Both the position numbers and the translations under genes were made by a program. From Eledone cirrhosa (lineage: Eukaryota), in NCBI GenBank assembly GCA_964016885.1, contig OZ024740.1, forward strand, positions 193,378,001-193,442,000: a stretch of 64,000 nucleotides of DNA, written 5' to 3'. Of the stretch, positions 46,631 to 61,064 are shown one piece after another; position 1 is the first letter of the stretch; every line of letters begins with the position of its first letter. Below the pieces are notes generated by a model. It saw only the letters and a program-made list of their open reading frames with translations. It had not been told where the DNA came from and ran no database searches.

Positions 46631-48931
46631 TCAATGTTGATAAATAATCTAGATCAGTGTTGACGCAACTATATTTCATTCCACCTCTCACATCAGCTAT
46701 GTGCTATTTTGTCAACGATGTGTTTGAGAGAGATTATGAGTCTATTCGGGACTGAATAGAAACCACAAACACTTAGCGAAATCAAAGTATGTATAGATGC
46801 GTAATATTTGATGGAGGCGTAGTGGCACATTGGTGACATACGGCATTTCTTCGGAATTTTAAACTTGGTGGAGCCCATCTATTCAGCAGATTTTCTCCAG
46901 AGAAGGATAGAGTGAGAAAGAATGTGAGAATGAGATATAGAGGAATAATTGACCCCTGTAATTAACTGGAGCTTGATCAATCGTCCTCGACATTACGAAA
47001 GGTAAATATAACTCAGCGGGATTTGAACACAGAGCCCAACGAATGGAGCAAATCATTATATCCGACATTCTAATGGCCCTGACAATTTGCCGTCTGGTAT
47101 ATGTTTCCAAATTATACTCGATCGTAATAGACAGTAGAATTAGTTTCATATAGAGAGGTGATTTGACTGGTATTTTTAACAGGCTCTGTTACTATGTATA
47201 GAATCATCCATTATGTATGTATGGATACATTCATGCGTGCTTATATGTATGTTTCTATGCAAGCATGTATGTTTAATTTTCATTTTCGCTATTTGTAAAA
47301 ATAAGAGCAAACGAGTCATGCAGAACATTATATTCATAGACACTTTTCTACAAGCGATGCAATGTAATAGTAAACACCAGGAAATGAGAGATGTTTGCGT
47401 CAGTGGATAAGCTGCTGTCCGGATTTGATCCCAGTTTCATATTATTCGGATTGAGTTAAGGTAATTCCCTACAGAAATGTGTTATTAAAAACATGAATCG
47501 TAGCACACAAAAACTCAAACACCCCTGTCGTTACTCCCAGATGTATATTATTAATACGATACTTTTAACTATTATGATAGATAAACGTAGTACCCCGTAC
47601 ATGAAAGCAATTTTCGATATTATTAAAAAGCATACAATGGTTATGTATCGATATAGCTAGCTAGTTAGATAGATAAATAGAAAGAGAGACATACAAACAG
47701 ATAGATAGGTACATAAAGAGATAAAGAGATAAAGAAATAGATAGATAGTTAAATAGATATATTGATAGATAAATAAATAGATAGAGGAAGAATGATAAAA
47801 AGCTAGGCAAGATATATGAGTTTTCTACTGAAAAGGAGGTAAGTTCAAGCCTAAATCTATTTCTTTATCAGCGATGAAATATTTGACACACATACAGCAG
47901 CTTAACAAGTAATAAGTTAGGCTAAAATTCTATTTTTGTGTCGTGTTAATTTAGCTAATGGACAAGATATATCTGATATCTATGGCCTACATCTATCTCT
48001 GCTCGCTGAAACACATTCATATTCAGCAATCTTGTTCACATCATTCGTATGTATAGTCAACTATGATGTATCGATAATACTTCGTTCCAACCACAAAAGC
48101 CTGTATATGTTTTATATATTAGTCATTACCTTTCAGCAAGTTTTCAGTTTTACCTCTATATCATACTTACAGCCATAATGACTTCAATATCTTCTGTATT
48201 CAGCAGCTGATAGTATCTCATGATGATTGATTGACTCATTGAACATACAATATATTCAACATAAATGCTACATCTGCTGATGTATAACAAGCTAAGTAAC
48301 TGGGTATTAATAGGTTCAGGAATATGTATTTCTGGAACCGACTATAGCGCGTGGTGTCGATGTGTCAATAGTTTAGACTCAGTGGTATATTGTATTATCG
48401 AGCGGCTCTTATGTATAGCTACTTCTATAAATATCCGTGGTTATGTGATATATGTATGACGGGGAGGGACGCTACATATATGTCTAATTGTCTTTATGTT
48501 TTATGTGATATATATGTGTTACTCATGTATACTGTGTTAGTTAAGGTATATGTACATAAGATGGGCATATGCGTGTAATTCTGAGTGTATGCCAACTACA
48601 GATGAACTTATGAGCCTGTAATTTACATAAACACATGTATGCATGCATATGTACATACACACATACATGCATACTTAGATGTAAACATATATACATTGAT
48701 ACATATATATATACATACACACATACATACATACAGGTATAAATACATACAGTCATACATGCAAACATACATATATACATATATAAATACATTGATACAT
48801 ATATACAGTCATACATGCAAACGTACATGTATGCATATATACATACATTGATGCATATATACATTCAAACACAAATATATACCTACAAACATACGTAAAT
48901 ACATACATACATATACACATACATACATAAG

Positions 48932-51337
48932 AAAACACAAGGAAGAGACATGATTGCCGGCTACTGGTACAAAAAACTAATATTCTATCAGAGGTATCTT
49001 ACCAACAAGTTCTTAAGGGGGATACACTTATACCAGAATGGTTGACATTAGCACAAACGTTACTGGTGCCCAAGAACAGAGACACCCACTTGGCAAAAAA
49101 CTACCGACCCATTGCATGCCAGAACCTTATGTATAAGCTGTATACAGCCTGCCTCAACCTATTCCTCAAAGATCACTGTGAAAATAATAACATCATCACA
49201 GATGAACAAGCAGCTGGAAAGAAAATGGGTTGGGGATGTGCTGAACAACTCCTAATCAACAAAATTGCGATGTCGGAGGTGCGACAACTTAGGAGGAATA
49301 TGACTACAGTCTGGCTGGACTACAAGAAAGCTTTCGATTCTGTTCCCCACTCTTGGATGATAGAGGCCCTCCAACTTGCTCCAGTCCCAGACATTATTGT
49401 CAGAGCCATAGAGAGGCTGTCTTATTCTTGGGCTACTATCCTAAGGTTAAAGACAGAGAGGGAGGACTCTATTTTCACTGATAAAATAAAATATTGCAGG
49501 GGTATATTTCATGGGGAAGTCTCTCTGTGATATTGTTCATCTTGTCATTAAACCCCTTGTCCTTTCTGCTCAAGAAATGTGAGGGATACATCATTGGCTC
49601 ACAGGAGGACAGAAATACGAACCTAACCCATAACTTCTTTGTGGACGATCTGAAACTCTATGCCAAGAACATGGATGGGATGAAGAAAAATCTTGACCTG
49701 GTTACAACGTTCTCAAAGGATATAGGAATGGAGTTTGGCCAACATAAATGCTCATACATGACTGTAAAGCGGGGAAAAACAACAACCCAATCTAGCAACA
49801 TTGTCATCAATGGCCTAACTGTTTCACCGATATCAGATGAGGATTGCTACAGATACCTGGGGATAGATGAGAACATATCCTATAATGGTATCTGTAATAA
49901 AGAACGCTTAACCTGTCCTAACATCAACGATTGGAATTCTCAATTGGACGATAGACGAAATCCGAGCAGTTGATGTTGGAACTCGAAAGATACTGAACAA
50001 CACCGGAAAATTCGACATCAACAGTGACATAGACCGCCTTTACTTGAAACGTAAGCAGGGAGGCAGAGGCCTAACATCAGTCCAGACAACATTTGAATGT
50101 CGCATCATATCTCTCCGACAACATCTACGAACCTCAAAGCGTAGGAGCCCGCTTCTTGAAACAGATAAGAGTATGAGAGTTGGGAAGGAAATCCTTGAGA
50201 GATATTCCCTGTGTGATAATCAAAAACTCACATCCAGGGATGTCACTCAGCAGTATCGCAGTGAATCCATGGATGAAAAACTGCATGCCTATCAGCAAAA
50301 AATCATGCATGGATATGTTGACAGGAAGCTCCAGCGTGAGAGTAATATAGATAAGGAAAGTAATCTATCTTGGACCAACAACCGCTATATTGGCTCCCAC
50401 TTTGAAGGATACGCTTTTGCAATCCAAGAACAGAAGATTAGCACGAAATACCTGATTCACAAAAGAGATAGAGATGCAGGCAAAACACCTAGATTTGATA
50501 ACAAGTGCAGACTCTGCAGAATTAACATCGAGGATATCACCCATGTCATCAGCAGCTGCCCAAAGATGTCATTGCGGTAATATCTACCTATGAGGCATGA
50601 TGTAGTGGCCAAAACACTGTACAATGCAGTTCGTAAAAAGGATAGCCCCGATAATAAACACATTAAAATCTACAACAATGTGGAAGACATCCATGTACAT
50701 AATATGAAAGAGTACTGGTGGAATGTTCCAGTAAAAACCCCAATAAAATGCAAGCATAACAGACCAGATATTATGATATGGGACAGGGAGAAGAAAACAT
50801 GCACAGTAGTGGAAATTAGCTGCCCAGCAGATGCCAATATAATATCAAAGATTAGTGAAAAGGAGAATATTTATGCAGAACTGATGAGAAATCTGCAGAT
50901 ACTCCACCCTGATTACACCTTCAGATTTATGCCTGTGATTATTTGGGCACTGGGATATGTTAGTAACTGCCTAAATGCAAATCTTGAGAAGCTAAGCTTC
51001 ACAGGAACAGAGAGAACACAACTAGTTAGGTAATTACAAGTACAATCCATTAATGGAACAGTAAAAATATGTAAAACATTCTTAAAATGTTGCATCTAAT
51101 AACTGCATATACACATGTACAGATACAAAGCATATACACATGCACACATATAACTCAGAACATACACATCCACACATACAATAACATCCATATCTACACA
51201 TGCATGCATGCAGACATACATACATATCTACCTAGTTGATGTTGTGTAAATTCCAATGAGAGAGTCTTGTGTCTATGTTAGAAACCGACGCTCTCTCTAT
51301 TGGTAAAACTTTGGGAAATTATAAAACCAGAAGAACA
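48932..51337 (+). mobile_element. 5'-truncated R4/Dong/Rex6-like non-LTR retrotransposon (RT + CCHC + restriction-like endonuclease), disrupted
   Basis: NYRPIAC, WLDYKKAFDSVPHSW, FFVDDLKLY, YRYLG, RLYLKRKQGGRGL, CRLC..EDITHVISSC, RHD, NRPDI..VVEISCP; frameshifts, stops and an internal deletion near 49910. Confidence 0.88.
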
Positions 51338-51649
51338 TACATATGTACATACATACATATACATTTACAACCATGCACACAAAGGGAAACGAACAGTGGA
51401 ATATCGCAATAAACAAACACCTAGAGAAATGGTGGTTACCATCCCCTACCCCACAGAACTTTCCTCAGGGGAGGAATCTACTCCGACATGATAGACGTCA
51501 GTTCGTATATGTAATGTGATCAATCAATGTCTGAAAGAATTCGTAAATTCTATACGTTATACATTTCGTCAAATACACCTATTAAGAGATAACAAACATT
51601 ATTTCTATCGTCATTATCGACGTTGTGGTTGTTGTCGATTTTGTTGTTA

Positions 51650-51691
51650 GTAGTAGCAGCAGCTGCAGCAGCAGTAGCAGCAGCAAAAGTG

Positions 51692-51737
<46 letters not shown>

Positions 51738-51748
51738 CAGTAGTAGAT
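51650..51748. repeat. (GCA)n/(GTA)n microsatellite
   Basis: Direct reading. Confidence 0.9.
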
Positions 51749-52184
51749 AGTTCCTTAATTTTATTGTACGTAATAATTTTACAGTTGGATTCCAGGCACA
51801 TGCACAGCAGTTACTTCAACCTTCTTACCGCATTTGTTTTTCTTATTTTCCTTTGCCTCCCATTCAGAAATCTACCCCATATTCTGTGCCAGATCAAATC
51901 TATTTTCATTTGCAAACGCGTTTCGCAAAGTTATGATGCAAAGTTATGATGCAAACTTTGTAGATGAAACTAGACCACTGTTGTTCTAAGTATAGCCTCG
52001 TCTCTTAACCAAATCATTCTTCTGCAGAAGCCCGAAATTTCCGAAATTTCCTCCTTAGCTTTGGTTAATTTCAGCTTATAATGATATCAATATCTGTAAA
52101 CATGACGCTTAACGCTCTTGAGCTCACCAGTACGGGAGATATCCACATGTGTTCTTTCGGCGCCTATACGGGTCACCCATACGT

Positions 52185-52263
<79 letters not shown>

Positions 52264-52751
52264 ATGTGTGTGTGTGTGTGTGTGTGTATGATACAAACAT
52301 TGATATATATATATATGTGTGTGCGTGCATATCTGTATTTAATTAGTGTACATGGGTATGTAGGTGTTTATTTAAGCCTATATAGTCTTGTAAGAAAAAT
52401 TAATAATTGTTTGATATTTATCTGAAAACACCAGTCTTTAATGTAACTGGTTTCGCTAAATTATTCTTGAAACTCTTAATCTATCTGCTTATGTATACTT
52501 GGTTTTATTTCAAAAATATAAAACTGGTTATGGTATCAAAAACATATTGGATAAAAAATTAATCTTTGGATATGCTTAGTGTCATGGGTAAAGTAGGAAT
52601 AACTGGAAACTTTCTTCTTTCCCGTAAGAAAGGTAAATTTGGAGCCTAAAATAGCAATTGTAAAGAAAACAATTGCCTTTGTTTATGAGACGATGCAAAA
52701 GAGAATTAACTCTACTCTATTTAACATTTCAATCGTGAGATTAATTAATAC

Positions 52752-52943
52752 TAATAACTGTTTCTACTTTAGGCACAGGACCAGCAATTAACCAGTGCAT
52801 TACTGGTACTTTATTTTATCGACCTCGTAAGGATGAAAGGCAAAGTCAACCTCGGCGGGATTTGAACTCAGATCGTAAAGGGACGTAACTATGCTGGAAA
52901 GCATGGCGTCCGACCCTTTACCGATACTGCCAATCCACCGCCC
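52752..52943 (-). mobile_element. tRNA-derived SINE with probable TSD ttaattaata
   Basis: Reverse complement of the 36999 family with A and B boxes. Confidence 0.88.
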
Positions 52944-53802
52944 TTAATTAATAATAATAATGAAATAAAAAGTATTGCTGCTATAGTTTTTACTGCTTTC
53001 TGATATTTAACGAATACACAATAACGTACAATTAATAAATGTGCTACATAGTTACATTTTGTGCCAAAAGCTCTGCCGAGCTAAACATGTAATCAGATAA
53101 TAAAAGAAAAGTTCGAAGGGAGATGCAGAACTTAAAAAGCTATTCAATCTCTTCTATATTATGGGGGAAGCCACTTCAGTGTGTTAGTTTGTAAAGCAAT
53201 TTTTCTACAATGTTTCAACAACGAATAAATCCTGTTTACAATGCAAAAGTAATTTATACTTTGAAATTTGTAATTATGAAATTAATTATATGAAGTAATG
53301 AACCAAGAAGAAATTGAATCATAATATCTTCATAACCTTCGGTTTTGTGTAAATAATTTAGATGCTACTGTCTGCGTTAGCAATGTAAATATATGACTAA
53401 TTACCTAGTTATATCTTCATAGAAAATTAATTTTATATTACTATGCATGGTATCCTTACAGATATTCCATAAATCGAATTCAGATATTCCATAATGAATG
53501 TATTTAAAGTAAATTAAAAATAGGTTGATGCTTCGATATTAAAAGTACTTACAACCTCAATTATTTATTCTATAACCTTCATTAACTAACGTTGTCGAAA
53601 TTAAATCATAGTGATCCGTCCCACTAACATTTATGTTTCTCTTTTTACAGGAATGTTCCAGGCTCCCACAAGCACATAATATACATAAATTATATTCCGA
53701 ATATATTTAATCAAAACAATATGTATACTGGAATATGGCGTATTTACTTTACGAATAAACATTTAACGTGGCGATGAATTTAGCGACTTCGTATTTGGCA
53801 TA

Positions 53803-53990
53803 ATAATTGTTTCTACTTTAGGCACAAGGCCAGCAATTAACCAGTGCATTACTGGTACTTTATTTTATCGACCCCGTAAGGATGAAAGGCAAAGTCAACC
53901 TCGGCAGGATTTGAACTCAGATCGTAAAGGGACGTAACTATGCTGGAAAGCATGGCGTCCGACCCTCTACCGATACTGCCAATCCACCGA
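53803..53990 (-). mobile_element. tRNA-derived SINE with probable TSD cataataat
   Basis: Nearly identical to the 52752 copy. Confidence 0.88.
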
Positions 53991-54448
53991 CATAATAATG
54001 AATTAACGAGCATTAATTTAATGCCGATGCATGGCACCACATCGATTACTGGATGCACGCAGGATCTGGCTTAATTCATATGATATGATTTCATTCCGCT
54101 AAATTGTCTCAATCAAACCCTATGCTATCATTTAATTTTTATAATGAATAAATAACATTTTCAAAAAATAGATAAGTGAAAACAAAACAGTTCAATCAAA
54201 TTTTTGCAGAAAAAAAATGTGTAATTTTTTACTAATTATAGTGTACATATACTGTACATATTACTGGCAGTATACAGCAATACTAAATGTTAATAAAGAA
54301 TGTCATAATTGAATTTTTAAATAATTGTGAATGTATAATATACTATTATTTAGAGTAGAGTATGCAAATGACCGTTCTTACCTCCTCCAATAAATAGTGT
54401 ACTCAGCCAGACACTGTCAATAATGACATTTGGTCTTTCACACTCACT

Positions 54449-54484
<36 letters not shown>

Positions 54485-55132
54485 GAGTGTGTGTCTGTGT
54501 GTGCCTGTACATGTGTATATATATACAGGTTTATATATACACATATGTACATGTACATATATCTATACATTTTTCAGTCTCCCTAGGGATTTTAGACTGT
54601 AGAACTGACCACTAATTGATTTTACATATGTCTTTAACCCATTGATATCAAAAATTATTTGGCCAGCAGCTCGTTTGTATCTTTATGTGTCCATGTACGT
54701 ATGCATGCACAAATGAATTCAATAAGCCAGTGATTCTAACTGTTAGCACTATCATATATTTTGTTTCTATTAATTCCTTAGGGGATTGTTTGACCATATG
54801 CTTAGCTTATTTGTTCATTTATTTTCAATTTTGTTTTAATTCATTCTCTAAGGTGCTTTTTAAAGATATCATTTGAAAGCAAGTCATTGAACCCTAAAAT
54901 ACTACTGTGGGTCCTCGCAATGCTACCGTGGTTCCCTGCAATGCAACTGTGCCCCCTCCCCCCCTCCGGGGCACACTTGCCATTAGGCAACCTGGCAACC
55001 TGGCCAGTCCACCACTGTATATATACATATATATATGCATATATGTATATATATATATATATATATATAGCGTGTCCCTCAAAAATGTATACACACTTCA
55101 ACAGCATTCTACTAAAAGTATGTGTATATTTT

Positions 55133-55188
<56 letters not shown>

Positions 55189-56429
55189 AAGTAAATAACA
55201 ACAAGGAGTACAGTTACGAAAGCTGCTAAGTATTATCGAGAGATATACCTTTATACATATACATATTTATATATTGCTGATGAAAAATGGACGGTGATGT
55301 CGAAATTACAGCGAACGTCCCTTTTGATTCCCACATATATATAATATACAGTGAAAGTGAGAGAGAGAGAAGCAGATGTAACTTGAATGAGAGATCGAGA
55401 GAAATAACGTGGTCTGGGGATCAACAAAAATATGAAGTAGAAATAAATGCTATTAAAATACGTAGAATAGGGTTAAACTGTATGTACCGCTTATAGAAAA
55501 TGATGCAATGACTGAGGCAAATCAAGAAAGGATTATTGAAAGCGGACAGAGAAAAAGCCTATTTATTTTGGCAAGTCCCCGGTATTAATAATCACACAAA
55601 AACATACGCGCGTGCGAACAGCCACATGTATTGCAGCATGGTAACAATAAATTCGTTGGAAACTGGTAATTCAAACAACAACACGCGGACTTCGAAGTTA
55701 CTGCCAAAAATGTTCAATAAATGTTATGTTCTTCAGATAATCTAAGTTTATTATTTAGTCAATATTCGTCCATTTGTATCTAAAACAACTTATCTTTATA
55801 GCAGGGTATTTATATCATAAGACAGGGATAGCCTATCTTAGTATATTCAAACCAGACATCACGTACGGAACAATTCTGTGATTGCTGAAACAAATCTGAC
55901 ATACAGCAGTCTAATATCTTCGAATGAGATAGAGACATATCAGTTAATAACCGCCACTAAAACATAGCTAAAATAATTCCAAACAGAATAAAATGGGAAA
56001 TATCTAACATTTCAAGATATTTATTTTTCGAAACGAAATGCACGTACATATGAAACCTTAAAAAATAAAATTAATATCGGAAGACATTAATATTTTCAGT
56101 AATGCACACATCAATACATAGATGAAAAACACCCAGCCAAACTCACACACACATACACAAACACGCAAACACACACGCACACAAATAATTTGCATTGTTT
56201 AAATATTCATACTTACAAAAGAAGCGAAATGTACTCAATATATAATGTAAAGTGTGCATATTCCATACTTTTTTTTAACAATCGTGACTTTAGCTTTCAA
56301 ACTGTTATGATTTCAATTAAGTGAACCGAAGGTTATACTTAATGTCTGGCAAACTATTATGATTTCAATTAAGTGAACCGAAGGTTATACTTAATGTCTG
56401 GCAAAAAGATGTAGTGATATTGTCGAAGC

Positions 56430-56960
56430 TATCTGACGAACAGTTCATTTCGATGCAGCATAGTGATTAAATATTCTCATATTATTGCCAAGATATGTAT
56501 GCATGTTTTGTGTACCTTGAAAAGGTATAAGACCGCCTTCTAGTAGATGGTTTCTCAGATGTATGGGACCGATGAATAGCTTCTCTTTACCTTGAAGTTT
56601 CTATTCAAATGTTCTATCGTTTATGCTGTGTCAAAACTATTTAATGTGATAGTCGGATACCCTGAAGGGTGCATACTGTTATATCCCATGTCCATAAACT
56701 TCAGGAACAAGATTGGCATACGCAGACCGGTTGGGGGTGGTATCATGACGGGTTGCTGTACTATCAGTCGCCTCGTATTTGCAGACAACATGGTGCTACG
56801 TAACTCAACACAAGATGATCTCCGATGGGGGATAGTTTTATTGACAAGTTTCACACTAAAGGATTGAACACCGGTGCTGCAGCCACGGAAACAGCCATCC
56901 TCTCAAGAAATCTTGTTTAGTGCTGCACTTTTGCAATACACAAATTTAAACATCTAAATT
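56430..56960 (+). mobile_element. Highly decayed LINE RT fragment
   Basis: YACFVYLEKV*DR (FVDLEKAYD-like), VGYPEGCIL, ISRLVFADNMVL. Confidence 0.55.
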
Positions 56961-57879
56961 CGTGAATACAGTTATAATAAATATTTCACATTAGATCTTC
57001 TGATATGTATCTAGCGAAACTTTTCTAAAGGTGACAAAAGAAAGCTATTACTAACATATCGTATTGAATACATAGCGATAACTGGATTTGAACATTTACT
57101 CCATACATTACATTGATTGCTAATATCTTTTGTGTAAAGAAGTGGATTCAGCAACACAATTCAACTAAAATTACACTCAAACTAAAACGTTACTGAATTA
57201 TTCAATTTACTATGGTATTGTGGATGTTGAACTCAGCGACTGAGTCTTAAATGCCTTGATAATGGACAACATGTAGTGAAAGTGACAGATTACACACTAG
57301 CATTGTTGATAGACTAGAATATTATTGAGTTGAATATTTTCATTCGTACCATATTGATTCTATCTTTCTTGTCTTGTATTTTAATCTACTTAAAAGAAAG
57401 GTGGTATTTTGTCACCGGTATTAACGAAATTCGAAAGGAAATATTGTAACATAAAATAACACATAACCTAACAACTATAAAATCAATCACAAAAGTGGTA
57501 AATTTTGAACTTCAAATGCAACAAGATATTATGTTTATCGTGTATATTCAGACGACGTCATTTTGCTTCAGGACGGATGTACCAAAATATAAAACGGATG
57601 TACCAAAATATAAAACCGGTTTCAAATATGCCGCTTTTCAGTTAGGAAGCAGCGAGCAAAGGTGGCACAATTTCATTTATTACACATTTTATGAACCATT
57701 TTTGTTATAGAGAGTATATAATAGATAACCATTCAGTCATTAAATGATGGGTCTTTTTTCGGTACTTCAAAGATTATTTAAATATATAAATCCACACGCA
57801 TACATATATACATACACACATACAAATGCCTACCAGAACATAATGTACAAATTATACAACGAATGACTTACATATTATA

Positions 57880-59790
57880 GGATCGTTGAGCCACCCACAA
57901 CGTTATAACAACCGAGAAAACTGGGGGAAAGATGGACAGAGCAACAACAAATTAACAAATTGATCCAAGAAAACAAATAGTAAATATTCACAGGAACTTG
58001 AATGTAGCGTGGCTGAACTATCAGAAGACCGTTCATAGTATACCACATGGGGGGATTATCAAAGCTTTACATTTACCCAAACCCCACAATCAGTAGTAAC
58101 TGCTATCAAACACCTGACCAAAACTATCAATAAGATATCTTTCAGTGCTGCACTCGGTCTATTCATTAAGACCACTCTCATACCTGCTCACAAACCATAG
58201 TGGCCACAGAAATGGATCCCGAGAGTATCTCTTACCTTTTCTTTGACGATGACCTGAAATTGTACGGACATTAGAATGAAATTTGGTGTGTCGAAGTATG
58301 CATTCTTTACAATTAAACGTGGAAACGTTGTGTCCACTTCCCAAAACCTAAAATTGGAAAGCTTGACTAGACAATCGATACAGTCAAGTGTCAAGTATCT
58401 TCGACAGAATGGGAATGACGGGTATTATGTACCCATAAAGAAGGAGTAAACCAAGACTGAATACCACAGATGTGTCAGAATAATATAATCTTCAGAACAC
58501 TCAGCGCGCAGCAAGAACGTTCACTATAATACATTTGCTTTGCCCATCCTAACGCCAAACTTTGGCCTGGTTAACTGACCATTGCAAAAATGTGATGGAT
58601 ATAAGGAATCGCAAGCTGTTCATCTTAGGCTACATTTTACACGCAAGAGGGGCAGCCTGGTCCTAAAATCCATATTAACTTTATTCAAGACGTGGTTAAT
58701 AACATTGAATCAACATATTAAACAGAATAAAGATGTCAGCAGCCCATGTTTATGAACATGGAAATAAGAATATCGTTAGGAAAGCTACTTTTATGGATAA
58801 GACACATGAAATCTATTTTCCGGGAATATTAAGAGTCTACTCAAAGCTGGAACAAAATTAAAAAGAACATGGACCAATCGACTTCAAGTTTGCACATTGG
58901 TAGTTGAGCCGACAATAACAGACCATAGAGGGGATAATCATAATAAAAGCCAGACATGGAGTTCCGACACGTACATAACATCCCAACTTGGAGGATATTT
59001 GTATGCAATCCAGGTACAAGAAATCCAACCAAGTTCCTCCTGCACAAAAAGGAAGGACATCACTTGACATTAGAAAGATGTTAGCCACATTATTGCTAAA
59101 TGTGAAAGAAAATAATCTCGTTACTCCCTCTCCGTGAGGTATGAGGTGATAACTAGAACAATGTTGAATGCATTAGGGAAGATGAAAATCAAATGAAATA
59201 GGGAAGAACATCTGGAGACTGACGGCCCAAAGAAATACTGCTGGAAGCTAAAACGTAAACTGCCACTAACACTTTAGCCACATTAATGCTAAGACTAATG
59301 AATGTCTTCTCATTACTACCCTTTCCTGAGCTATTATGTTTTAGCCAGAACAAACTGGAATTATCTGCGGAAAACGAAAATAACAATTCATAGTTCGGAA
59401 TATGATGAAACTAATGGATCAAATCAATATTGGTGAAACTGAAAAATATAATTCGCCACCAAATTAACATATAACTAAAATCGTACTGTTGTTTGTAACC
59501 AGACATTAAAAACATACACTTTTATAGACATTAGCTTCTAATGCACTGCCAGTTTAGAAAGAAACATACAAGAAAAGGATGATATACGGACCATTCCTGA
59601 GGCACATATTATTATTTGAACTAAATATCAACACCTACCCACCTGGACCAAAATATGACTGGATTGGAAGATTTCTTTTTCTTTAAAACTTTGTCATCGT
59701 GACTGATAAAAGATGAACACAAAATTAAGAGAAAGGGACAACATATATGCACGCGTTTCAGCAATTGAGAAGTAAAGGATTGAAAACTGG
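57880..59790 (+). mobile_element. Old, highly decayed R4-like LINE
   Basis: AWLNYQKTVHSIPH, FFDDDLKLY, DIRMKFGVSKYA, LYAIQVQEI in collinear order with the 48.9-51.3 kb element. Confidence 0.6.
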
Positions 59791-60811
59791 AGTAAAGTTT
59801 GAACACGCGAACAGTAGTTTATGATATTTTATTAAATTAAAATAAAGGAAATATGATAGATGTGCTTCTAAATAGTGAGTTCAATATGGATATTCCGTTC
59901 AAGATTTTGTGGATTGTTAGACGATGGCCAATACCGAAATTAATCTTGCTTTTTGTGTAGACATCTGCATATGCACATATAAAAGCATCTTTTGAGATTG
60001 CATACTTAAATAGTATGTATATGGTAAGTTAGAATTGCTTGTACCTCTCGCTTTTAACCATACAGATAGACGGAATTGAAATATTACAGACATTTCTTAT
60101 AACAAAGAAGGTTTTACATACATATTAGTGATACATTGTTTGCAACAGGATTCATATCACTAGTATATTGGCTGATTTTCCTTTAGCCTATTGACTAAAT
60201 CGGAAATCGGGAATCGGATGGACGCATTGAATTCATTTCAATTCCCGAATTAATGTTTATTCATTTTTGATTTCGGATTTCTTTGTTTGCGACTCTTAAG
60301 AATTCTACTTAATATTACGGAAGAACTTTCAATTGATTGAATTGCATTGTTTCAATGGCATTGTATTAACTGTTCCAGTCTGCACTAAACAATACGTTTT
60401 TTGTAGGGAAGAATATCTACTAAAGAAGACTTTTCGATAAACGACGTAGACAAGAAAAGGACAGAAGCACGTTTTTAAACCCATAGTTTGGAAAGATTTG
60501 GCCGGCAAAGTTATGTTGTTTTTTTCTCTACTGCCTACGACGACATCATTAGAGTAGGAAAGGCAATGTTCATAAATTATACGGTAGCATAAAATGGCCT
60601 GAAATGTGGCATGTGGCTCCATGCCGAGGCTTTACACACTATCCAAAGACTATGTATATTCTTTTACTATATTGGTGCTTAGTTGTTGAAGGAAAAATTA
60701 TTGAAATACTTTCTTTAAGCACTGGTAATCTGTCAAAATGGGAGCAGAGAGATTTTAGACGAATTGTAAAAATTAATCTGAATCGGTATCGTAAAATGTC
60801 CATTCTCGGCG

Positions 60812-60982
<171 letters not shown>

Positions 60983-61032
60983 TGTGTGTGTGTGTGTATG
61001 TGTGTGTGTATAGATATATATATGTATATATG

Positions 61033-61064
<32 letters not shown>

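Noticed and set aside
54900-55017. GC-rich patch ending gccagtccaccactg, resembling a MITE end
   Set aside because: No matching opposite TIR found.
56299-56402. 52-bp tandem duplication
   Set aside because: Ordinary local duplication with no further signal.
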